Shown here: one piece after another, positions 39,008 to 46,636 of the stretch | Position numbering within the stretch: the stretch's first letter is position 1 | How the letters are laid out: every line of letters starts with the position of its first letter | NCBI GenBank assembly: GCA_021792255.1 | Contig: JAJYUZ010000002.1 | Coordinates: forward strand, 245,332 to 309,331 | Origin: Thermoplasmata archaeon | Lineage (GTDB): Archaea; Thermoplasmatota; Thermoplasmata; Thermoplasmatales; GCA-001856825 | Direction: 5' to 3' | DNA length: 64,000 nt | Notes under the pieces: model-generated | What the model was told of the DNA's origin: nothing | What the model saw: only the letters and a program-made list of their open reading frames with translations | Database searches by the model: none | Position numbers and translations under genes: made by a program

Positions 39008-39319
39008 TTAACTGTAGCTAATTCTGCGATGTATCACTAGGACTACACCAGTTGCAGGGAGCAGGAATATCAAGAAATCTAAAAATAATGCGAGAAAATC
39101 TATAACCCCTATGGTAAAGATAGCGTGATTGCCTTGATAAATTCCCCAAGCATAAGGAAAAGGAAAACCTCTCTGCCAGGTTGTCCAGAGAATCCCGGCT
39201 GTATGAACTACTTTAAAGTAGAGATAGCTGAGCAATGTTAGTCCCACTGAGATTAGAACAGAATATATGGTCAGCAAGAATGCCCTCCTATACTCTGTTT
39301 TTATCATTTTAACCTCCAC
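39008..39319 (-). CDS. small membrane protein coupled to the S53 protease gene
   Basis: 103-aa ORF with 3 TM segments, starting 15 nt after the protease stop codon. No family recognised. Confidence 0.5.
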   Translation of the reverse strand: MEVKMIKTEYRRAFLLTIYSVLISVGLTLLSYLYFKVVHTAGILWTTWQRGFPFPYAWGIYQGNHAIFTIGVIDFLALFLDFLIFLLPATGVVLVIHRRISYS

Positions 39320-39334
39320 GCCTCCTTTAATCTC

Positions 39335-39778
39335 TCAAGTCTTCACATCCAAAAGTATTCCATTAGCAATGTAGCTGCTTCTGAGATATCCATCTTGGTA
39401 GAACAATTTGGACCCTTGGATGTCATAAACAGTGAAATTTCCATTGGTCATCTGTATTGAAGTGACTTGTATCCAAGTGTTATTTAAAGGATCAAATATG
39501 GCGTCTGATGTATTCAGATAACCGACCATTATCCATTCTACTGTTCCGTTTGAAAGTTTTACATAGATGGGTTGATCGCGTGCACCTGAAACGAACAGTA
39601 ATCCGTTATCAATATTGATTATTGAATTTACGTTTGTGACATTAATTTCAGTAACTTCCTCTTCAACAAAGTTGCCTCCGATTGGATCATAGGAAAGTAT
39701 TTGATCTCCCACTTTTAGATCTTGAACTTGGATGGTCTTGTTCAAAGAAGTCTGAATAAGAGTTCCATTCAAAACACA
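39335..39778 (-). other. C-terminal Hint-like (Hedgehog/intein-type) domain, copy A
   Basis: SSGGGGG-C(39776-39778)VLNGTLIQTSLNKTIQVQDLKVGDQIL ... LFVSGARDQPIYV ... VYDIQG...YIANGILLDVKT-stop. Confidence 0.6.
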
Positions 39779-41563
39779 ACCGCCACCACCTCCACTTGAG
39801 GTATAATAGTTGCGAAGGGCTTGAACAAAATTATATGCATTAACGCTGCCAATGCCAGTAACATAATCCCATCCGCTTCCCGCCGACATTCCGTTATTTC
39901 CAGTTGTTATGTCCGTGTATGCTCCTGACGAGTAGCCTATGCTGTAAATCCCTTTATTTATGAAACCGTAAACATCCCCCGTCCCATTGAGGTAAGTATC
40001 AGCTATTATACCTGCCATCATTGGAGTAGCGTAACTAGTACCATCTACACCGCCATAGAAGGTGCCATCGAAGTATACCACGATAGATGGCGCCGCGGCA
40101 AAAGAGATGTCCGGAATGTCTCTGTACCCATTGTTAGGCGCAACGCCACTTTGGTATGAAGGTTGGGAGAATATGGGATTATTAGTCACGTATCCTCTTC
40201 CACTTCCACTCCAGCCACTTTGGCCGCTGATATCTGAACTCGTCAAAGATAAAGTTACACCTCCAACTGCTATTGAGTTAGGGTCCAATGCAACCATATC
40301 TATGTTATTGCCACTTGACGAGTATCCATTGTCTCCTGTGGCAGCCACAATCGTAATTCCTTCAGTAGTTGCCTGAGCAAGAAAATCATGGATATTATCA
40401 ACTTCGCTAGTACTTATGGAGTTGTAAGTTGGCGCAATGCTAAAGCTCATCACAACGGGAACTAAAGTATTGACCATATAACTAAGCTCTTGATCAAATT
40501 CGTATTCGAATCCAGTATCCCCTCCAGATGGAGCGCTATAAATGACATCGTCGATAGTGGCGCCTGGAGCAATAGTACCTGCCCACTCAACGTCAAGAGT
40601 CTCCTCTAGACTAGCTCGATTATTCCCCCACGGTGGTAGCCCTCCTCCACCGATTATTATTTGCGTATCGGATGGATAATAACTCTGACCATTGTAGGTG
40701 TATTTTATGTTGTAATGTTCCCAGAAATTTTGGGGATCTGTCCCGTAATACCTCCAGTCAGGATAACCTATCAATCCAATTGTTATCCACTTTCCATCAT
40801 ACCCATTTTGTAATAAAGGAGTAATATTGAAGTATGGGTTTATATCATAGGGGTTTGCCGTTAGCACTGTCTGTCCTGGTAAGCCCCCATAGACTTGATC
40901 CCACTCAGTATAAACAAATGGAGTATTATTTACTAACTCAGCTCCGTAATCGTTTAGACCACTGATTGTAGTTATCTCGTTGACTATGTTGTTTGGAATA
41001 ATGGGATCATTGGAATTTGCATAAAAGTAGGTTCCATTGAGTTCATAATTGATCAAGGTAATTCTCAATAATTGTTCCACGAATCCAGCTGTCTCTTCAA
41101 AGGAGATTTCTCTTCCGTTAGAGAAATTCATTTCTTTCACTCCAGAAGAACTCAGCCAGTCCTCCACAGAACTTATCGCGCCTGCCATTGGTCCAAATTT
41201 TGACATGAACTCAGATGGAGTCAAGAACTTGTGAAAGAGGCTGCTGCTTGTATTTGAAACTAACTGCGAATAACTCGTTGCTGCAGAAATATCAATCGAA
41301 AGATATATTTCCAAAGATAGTTCAGTAGTATTGTTCAGTTGAGATAGGTCCATAGCTTGGGAAAGAAAAGGAAGAGTATCATTCAATGGCACTTCTAGTA
41401 CCTCGTTTACCATGGGTGGGGTGCTTGTTCCGTCTAAATAGGATATCCCAGCTATTGAGGAGCTAGATAACAAACTGAAAGAAATCGCTGATACGAGAAC
41501 AAAAAGTCCGTACTTTTCAAAAATAGCTTTTACTAGGACTCTGAAATTCATACTTTGTATCAT
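39335..41563 (-). CDS. sedolisin-type serine-carboxyl pro-peptidase (S53) with C-terminal Hint-like domain
   Basis: N-terminal TM/signal segment, then a pro-domain (FLTPSEF..FGP), then the catalytic EETLDVEWAG (Glu/Asp) and DGTSYATPMMAG (Ser). A GGGGG-Cys junction and a 147-aa Hint-like tail follow. An alternative ATG is at 41551. Confidence 0.8.
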   Translation of the reverse strand: MIQSMNFRVLVKAIFEKYGLFVLVSAISFSLLSSSSIAGISYLDGTSTPPMVNEVLEVPLNDTLPFLSQAMDLSQLNNTTELSLEIYLSIDISAATSYSQLVSNTSSSLFHKFLTPSEFMSKFGPMAGAISSVEDWLSSSGVKEMNFSNGREISFEETAGFVEQLLRITLINYELNGTYFYANSNDPIIPNNIVNEITTISGLNDYGAELVNNTPFVYTEWDQVYGGLPGQTVLTANPYDINPYFNITPLLQNGYDGKWITIGLIGYPDWRYYGTDPQNFWEHYNIKYTYNGQSYYPSDTQIIIGGGGLPPWGNNRASLEETLDVEWAGTIAPGATIDDVIYSAPSGGDTGFEYEFDQELSYMVNTLVPVVMSFSIAPTYNSISTSEVDNIHDFLAQATTEGITIVAATGDNGYSSSGNNIDMVALDPNSIAVGGVTLSLTSSDISGQSGWSGSGRGYVTNNPIFSQPSYQSGVAPNNGYRDIPDISFAAAPSIVVYFDGTFYGGVDGTSYATPMMAGIIADTYLNGTGDVYGFINKGIYSIGYSSGAYTDITTGNNGMSAGSGWDYVTGIGSVNAYNFVQALRNYYTSSGGGGGCVLNGTLIQTSLNKTIQVQDLKVGDQILSYDPIGGNFVEEEVTEINVTNVNSIINIDNGLLFVSGARDQPIYVKLSNGTVEWIMVGYLNTSDAIFDPLNNTWIQVTSIQMTNGNFTVYDIQGSKLFYQDGYLRSSYIANGILLDVKT

Positions 41564-41584
41564 GGCATCCAGTTCATTTATTGA

Positions 41585-41605
41585 TTTCCCAGAATTTCTG
41601 GGAAA
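41585..41605. promoter_or_regulatory. perfect 21-bp palindrome (candidate operator), second copy
   Basis: TTTCCCAGAA-T-TTCTGGGAAA. It lies between a TATA-like CATTTATT (41575-41582, minus-strand AATAAATG) for the protease gene and TTATATATA (41609-41617), which is ~25 nt upstream of the ATG at 41638. Confidence 0.6.
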
Positions 41606-41637
41606 TTGTTATATATAGATTACCGCTAATTTGAGCA

Positions 41638-42411
41638 ATGGGAAAAAGAAACTACGTCATTATTCTTCTACTCACGTTATCAATAGTTAGTTCTGCATAT
41701 TCCGTATTTCTTTTCCTAAGTTCATATTTTTCTCAGTCCATTTTTTTTGTTTATACTTCTAAGGCAATCCTAGCATATCCATATAACATACTTCCTGTAT
41801 CCTCCGCAATGTTCGGCTGGGTCTTGTTAAGTTATCAACTGATTTACAATAATAGGAGACATATTGCTACAATTATTAGAAAAGAGATTTCTGGTAAGTC
41901 AGATGATTGGACTATTTATTATGCCTTTAAGGGCAAAGGAGGTGCAAGGAGACTAACGATAATGGAAGCCCTAACCTCACCCAGACTGAGGAACGAAGAG
42001 GAAATGCTTAGGGAACTAGAACTCCCATACAGAGTCGTGATGCTGAGTTCAGGAGATATGGGTGTCAGAGATTTCAAGCAGTTAGATCTTGAGGTATTCA
42101 TGCCCTACCAGGCAAAGTACAGGGAAGTAATGTCCAACGACAACTGTACGGACTGGATATCCAGGAGATCTGGCATTAGACTTACTGACGCAGAAGGCAA
42201 CAAGATCTTCGCTCATACAGTAGACGCAACAGGACTTGCAATTCAACGTACCATCAAGTCTATACTGGAAGTACACCAGAGGAAAGACGGGACTGTCCGT
42301 GTACCTGAGCCCTTGGTGAAGTTTACGGAATTCTCGACCATCAGAACAAGGATAAGAAATAAAGATGTGTTGACCCTTGATGATCAGCAGTCTTGGGATT
42401 CAATTCTTTGA
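41638..42411 (+). CDS. chimeric ORF: N-terminal part of a membrane-tethered wHTH paralog fused in frame to a seryl-tRNA synthetase C-terminal fragment
   Basis: aa 1-120 parallel the 37807 regulator (2 TM, then GKGGARRLTIMEALTSPRLRNE versus GRGGPRRLSIMESLGTPKMRNE). The sequence then switches to LELPYRVVMLSSGDMG..LDLEVFMP..YREVMSNDNCTDW..RRSGIR...HTVDATGLAIQRTIKSILE, which is the SerRS class II core downstream of motif 2, including motif 3. Confidence 0.6.
   Translation: MGKRNYVIILLLTLSIVSSAYSVFLFLSSYFSQSIFFVYTSKAILAYPYNILPVSSAMFGWVLLSYQLIYNNRRHIATIIRKEISGKSDDWTIYYAFKGKGGARRLTIMEALTSPRLRNEEEMLRELELPYRVVMLSSGDMGVRDFKQLDLEVFMPYQAKYREVMSNDNCTDWISRRSGIRLTDAEGNKIFAHTVDATGLAIQRTIKSILEVHQRKDGTVRVPEPLVKFTEFSTIRTRIRNKDVLTLDDQQSWDSIL
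41998..42411 (+). pseudogene. seryl-tRNA synthetase 3' fragment (about 135 codons)
   Basis: Only the segment from after motif 2 to the C-terminus is present. The N-terminal coiled coil, motif 1 and motif 2 are absent, so it cannot be a functional SerRS by itself. Confidence 0.6.
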
Positions 42412-43028
42412 TACAGGACGTAAAATTTCCTATCGTTGAAATAGAACCTGACTATTCTGTAGCCCTTGAAAAAAGTCCTCAATTCCCTCTCTGTAAAGTA
42501 GTGATAATAGCTGCCGTCCTTATGGATGTATGTTCCTCTCTCTGATGTGCGGGTTTGACCCCAGTGCTTTCTCTGTGACCATATAGTCCTTTGGTCGCTC
42601 TCCAGGTACAGGTACCCTCTCAACCTCGTAACTCTTCTGATCTCTTCAATGTCCTCTCTGATTCGTTGAATATCGGCTTGATAGATCGCTCTCACTGCGA
42701 TAACTGCGTCATAATATCCATCTTCATATGGAAGGGCGTGCTGATAGTTGAATATCTGGAACGAGGCGCTGCTTTTGGCATTTCGCTGACCTTCGATCGC
42801 CTTTTCTATTGCCATCTTTGATCCATCGAAGCCGGTCAGTTCAAATCCTTGGTTCGACAAGAATATTGAATTTCTCCCAGCCCCACAGTAGAAGTCAAGT
42901 ATTCTCTTGACAGTATTCGCCTTGAAGAATATGCTCAACTTTTTCATGCTCCGTGATGGAGATTGTTGCCCCAGAAAGTTTCCTTCATAATATGCTTGAT
43001 AAGGATCTCTTGACGCTTCTTTGTCCAT
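42384..43028 (-). CDS. class I SAM-dependent methyltransferase
   Basis: Motif I is ILDFYCGAGRNSIFL. An acidic post-I residue and a DAVIAVRA motif II region are present. Converges on and overlaps the chimeric ORF by 28 nt. Confidence 0.7.
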   Translation of the reverse strand: MDKEASRDPYQAYYEGNFLGQQSPSRSMKKLSIFFKANTVKRILDFYCGAGRNSIFLSNQGFELTGFDGSKMAIEKAIEGQRNAKSSASFQIFNYQHALPYEDGYYDAVIAVRAIYQADIQRIREDIEEIRRVTRLRGYLYLESDQRTIWSQRKHWGQTRTSERGTYIHKDGSYYHYFTERELRTFFKGYRIVRFYFNDRKFYVLYQRIESQDC

Positions 43029-43177
43029 TCCGACTCACTGGTATTTCCTCCTCGTATTCCATTATTGCTATTGAAATTGATTGCGTATCTAGCTTCCCAC
43101 CGAGTTTCGAATATTCCAAATTGCTTCGCGTGACCGTTGTTGGTAATGATTAAGTACCGAGCCGTTTTTTGAATTTT

Positions 43178-43591
43178 ATGAGATTCCTTGCGTGGCATGT
43201 GGGGAGGTTTAGAGCGGTTCCTTCGGAAAAGGGAAGGTCTCCTATAGTTGAGGATGCGAGAACGGTTGAAACGGAGAACGCCATCTTGGTATTTGCAAAC
43301 TTCGAGAAGAGTGACGAATCGCATCAACCCGAAATAGTTGCAAAAGCATCCACCGAGATGTCCTCCATAGCTAGCAACCTGAAGGTTGGAAACATCGTAC
43401 TCAATCCATTTGCCCACCTATTCGCCGAGTCGTCCACTCCAGAGTCTGCAGTCTCTATGTTAAGGGCTCTTGAGACATCTCTTGCAGCGGACGGCTTTCA
43501 AGTTCAAAGGCTCGCCTTTGGAATGTTCTACGAGTTGGAGCTAACAGCTAAAGGTCACCGCTATTCAAGGATCGCAAGAAGGGTCGACTAG
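43178..43591 (+). CDS. free-standing archaeal ThrRS-type (DTD-like fold) editing domain protein
   Basis: About 138 aa: MRFLAWHV..., AILVFANFEKSDE, LNPFAHLFAESSTPESAVSMLRALE, FGMFYELELTAKGH..SRIARRV. It is collinear with the N-terminal editing domain of archaeal threonyl-tRNA synthetases. No catalytic or anticodon-binding domain follows. Confidence 0.7.
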   Translation: MRFLAWHVGRFRAVPSEKGRSPIVEDARTVETENAILVFANFEKSDESHQPEIVAKASTEMSSIASNLKVGNIVLNPFAHLFAESSTPESAVSMLRALETSLAADGFQVQRLAFGMFYELELTAKGHRYSRIARRVD

Positions 43592-43722
43592 TAGAACTGA
43601 TCCTCCCACAATGGTCTGATGTCGCACTTGCTAAAGAATTTCAGCGAACCGATACAGGAACTTATCTTGTAGTCCTACCTTCAGGTACCTCGGGTAGGGC
43701 GTCCGTGAAGCCTGAGATGCGT

Positions 43723-44115
43723 CTAAACCAAGTGCTTTATCTTGCTCTCTTTTATTTTATTTGTGAACATTCTCATCTTTTCTGACAGATCATCATCAAT
43801 GAAGTGCTCAAAGAAGCAAGCTCTTTCCTTTGCCGTTTCCTCATCACATCCCATCAGAGTCAGCAGCTCATAGATAGACTTCTCTTTTCTGTTCAGATTC
43901 TCGAGCAGTTCCATTCCCTTCTCTGAAAGAGTCATTCCCCTATATTTCTGATAATTGATTAGCCCATCCTCTGACAGCTTGCTGAGCATCTGAGATACAG
44001 ATGCAGGGGTTACCTTAAGGAACTGGGCAACCTCTAGGGGCCTTGCGTAACCCTTTTCCCTTATGAAATGGTCGATCGATTCCAAATATTTCTCTCTGTC
44101 TTCACTGCTTTTCAT
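43723..44115 (-). CDS. DtxR/MntR-family metal-dependent transcription repressor
   Basis: EKYLESI..., the HTH ARPLEVAQFLKVTPASVSQMLSKLSEDGLI, and a dimerisation/metal-site helix region. About 130 aa with no SH3-like domain. Confidence 0.8.
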   Translation of the reverse strand: MKSSEDREKYLESIDHFIREKGYARPLEVAQFLKVTPASVSQMLSKLSEDGLINYQKYRGMTLSEKGMELLENLNRKEKSIYELLTLMGCDEETAKERACFFEHFIDDDLSEKMRMFTNKIKESKIKHLV

Positions 44116-44272
44116 TCTACCTAAATAATTTCGGCGAGGTATATCTTTTTTTGTGCACGTATTTGCACATCCTGGCGCCTTTCGATCTAACAGAGCAAGT
44201 TGCGGACGTGGGATCGTTAAGAATCACAGTATTGAGTCCCAATTATTTAATATCGCAAATCATTCAACGAAG

Positions 44273-44557
44273 ATGAGAAAATATCCTTGCAGACAGGAAA
44301 TCACTGAGCAGCTGCTTGAATCCAAGATGAAGGACATTTTCGGTAAGACGGTGAAAAGAGAGAATCACTACATTTCTTCTTACTCAGAATCCCTGGAAGT
44401 AATTGCCGAAATTACAGGAAAGAAAGAGATATCCGTCGAAACCAAGTCCACTCCAGGAACGGATCAAGAAATGATCGTAAAGCTCTACAACAAATTTCTT
44501 GAGGATGTCACTGGCTACAACGCAAAGGAAAGAAAAAAGATGGTGTCCAAGGGATGA
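44273..44557 (+). CDS. hypothetical protein co-transcribed with ADP-forming acetyl-CoA synthetase
   Basis: The ATG at 44273 is preferred over the longest ORF start at 44153. The stop overlaps the next start (ATGA). No family recognised. Confidence 0.4.
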   Translation: MRKYPCRQEITEQLLESKMKDIFGKTVKRENHYISSYSESLEVIAEITGKKEISVETKSTPGTDQEMIVKLYNKFLEDVTGYNAKERKKMVSKG

Positions 44558-45942
44558 GCATCGACCTCTTCTCGGTAAACTCGGTATGTCTCATCGGCGC
44601 TTCACGAGAAGAAGGCAAAGTAGGGAGTATAATACTGAAGAACCTGAAGAGAAGTTTCAAGGGAGAAATTTTGCTAGTTCATCCGACCGCGGATGAAATA
44701 GATGGAATCAAGTGTTTCAGGAACGTAGAGGAGATACCCCACAAGATTGATCTTGGGATCATCTCACTTCCATCCAAGAAGGCAGTCGATGCAGTCAAAT
44801 CTCTATCGGTAAAAGGATGCAAGATATGCATACCCGTTGCCGGCGGGTTTGGGGAACAGGGAGAAGAAGGAAAGCAACTAGAAATGGTAATGAAAGAGTT
44901 GGCCTCAAAGTATGGGTCCAGAATAATCGGACCTAATTGTGTTGGCGTCATAATTCCGAGGATAGGACTTAACACCGCCTTGACCAGTGAGGAGAAGAGC
45001 AGGTTTCCTTCCGATGGTCCCGTTGGATTTGTTTCTCAGAGCGGCGCACTGGGGCTGCTGACGATAGACGAATTTTCCGATTTCGGAGTAGGGTTTTCAT
45101 CTTTTATTTCGCTGGGTAACGAAATAGACGTAGACGAAACGGATGCAATTGAGACATTGGGAATGGACGATGGAACAAAGTCCATTGCCCTTTACATAGA
45201 GAAGATTGCAAGAATAGATGACTTCCTGAAAGCGTGCAAGAAAGTCTCTCCGAGCAAAGGCATAGTCACGCTCAAGGGTGGACAGACAGATTCTGGGAAC
45301 AGAGCGACTTCACTCCACACGGGCTCACTTCTCAAGACAAGTTTTTCTCTAAACGGTATTTTCAGGCAAAATGGAATTATACAGGCGTCAAATGAAATAG
45401 AACTGATGGATTACGCGTCCGTATTAGCGCTTGGGAAACCAATATGGGGAAAGAGAGTAGCAGTAGTCTCCTCTGCAGGAGGAGTAGGCGTGATCGCCAC
45501 AGATACGCTAGAAAACCAGGGCTTCAAGGTGGGCAGAACCTCAGACGAACTTGCGTCTGAGATAAGGTCTAAAATCTCCCCGATTGGTTCGCCTTATAAC
45601 CCAATTGATATGACCGCCGAAGCTACCAACTTCCAGTATGAAAGCGTGATTAATCAAATAGACAAATCCGGCGAATTCGATTCAATTTTAGCTTTTGTTT
45701 TGTTCCAGACGTTTGGGGTCACTGAGGATATCATCGAATTTCTGAAAAGTTACAACAAGACAGGGAATACTCCTATCGTGATTGGAGCAGTGGGGGGAGA
45801 ATACACGAGGAAAACAATGAGGAAGATGATCGAGAACGGAGTTCCAACGTATCCATCAATTTCAAGAAGCGTTGCCGCTCTAAAAACTCTGGAGGAAAGG
45901 GGAGAGTACCTTAGGAGATTCGAAAATGCCAGTAGTTCCTGA
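44554..45942 (+). CDS. acdA: acetyl-CoA synthetase (ADP-forming), alpha subunit
   Basis: CoA-binding N-terminus (VCLIGASREEGKVG), GPNCVG, SQSGAL, and the phospho-His loop ATSLHTGSL. Confidence 0.85.
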   Translation: MSIDLFSVNSVCLIGASREEGKVGSIILKNLKRSFKGEILLVHPTADEIDGIKCFRNVEEIPHKIDLGIISLPSKKAVDAVKSLSVKGCKICIPVAGGFGEQGEEGKQLEMVMKELASKYGSRIIGPNCVGVIIPRIGLNTALTSEEKSRFPSDGPVGFVSQSGALGLLTIDEFSDFGVGFSSFISLGNEIDVDETDAIETLGMDDGTKSIALYIEKIARIDDFLKACKKVSPSKGIVTLKGGQTDSGNRATSLHTGSLLKTSFSLNGIFRQNGIIQASNEIELMDYASVLALGKPIWGKRVAVVSSAGGVGVIATDTLENQGFKVGRTSDELASEIRSKISPIGSPYNPIDMTAEATNFQYESVINQIDKSGEFDSILAFVLFQTFGVTEDIIEFLKSYNKTGNTPIVIGAVGGEYTRKTMRKMIENGVPTYPSISRSVAALKTLEERGEYLRRFENASSS

Positions 45943-46531
45943 ATTGGAATTCAAAACTATGCTAGATAAGATGGGCTTCCACCAACCAAAGCGCTTCTTG
46001 ATAAACGACCGGGAGGATTACAAGGGAGAATTTCCCTCAGTCCTCAAAGTTAGTTCGGAAACAATAACTCACAAAACAGAGATCGGAGCAGTGGTTGGAG
46101 ACATCAAGACAAGACAGGACTTCAAGGAAGTTCTGAAGGATATGAAGAGAAAGTTTCCGGGGGAAACACTTTATGCAGAAGAAATGGCTAAGAAAGGAGT
46201 TGAGCTCATTATTGGGCTCATAAAGGATCCGATGTTCGGAAAGCTCTTGTTATTTGGAGTGGGCGGTTTCTATTCAGAGCTCATAAGGGACGTGACATTT
46301 AAGAGAGTTCCAATAGACAGATATGATGCTGAGGATCTTCTCGGAGAGTTGAAATTTAACAGAGTATTTGATGGCTACAGAGGCCACAAGGTAAACAAGG
46401 AAATCCTGATAGACCTCCTCCTGAAAATCTCAGATTTTTCTATCAAGAATGAGTTCTCGCAGATAGATTTCAACCCAGTTTTTCTGTACGAGGACGGGTA
46501 CCTTATCATAGATGCCAAATTGGTAGTTTAG
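45926..46531 (+). CDS. acdB: acetyl-CoA synthetase (ADP-forming), beta subunit (ATP-grasp)
   Basis: VLKVSSETITHKTEIGAV, DPMFGKLLLFGVGG, and DFNPVF at the C-terminus. Overlaps the alpha subunit gene. Confidence 0.8.
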   Translation: MPVVPELEFKTMLDKMGFHQPKRFLINDREDYKGEFPSVLKVSSETITHKTEIGAVVGDIKTRQDFKEVLKDMKRKFPGETLYAEEMAKKGVELIIGLIKDPMFGKLLLFGVGGFYSELIRDVTFKRVPIDRYDAEDLLGELKFNRVFDGYRGHKVNKEILIDLLLKISDFSIKNEFSQIDFNPVFLYEDGYLIIDAKLVV

Positions 46532-46636
46532 TACTATTGGAAAACCCGTCCGTGAATTATTCACTTTCCATAAAGGGTTGAAAATTTGACTGACCAAGAA
46601 GCATAGGCCGCTTATCCAACTAGTTCTCTCTACTTC

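Noticed and set aside
39335-39778. Hint-like region, considered as a genuine intein.
   Set aside because: It lies at the extreme C-terminus, so there is no C-extein. It has no terminal His-Asn, no +1 nucleophile and no homing endonuclease insert. It is therefore treated as a Hedgehog/BIL-like terminal autoprocessing candidate instead.
42944-43417. 157-aa ORF overlapping both the methyltransferase 5' end and the ThrRS-editing-domain gene.
   Set aside because: It has no recognisable domain and lies antisense to an ORF with clear family motifs, so it is most likely spurious.
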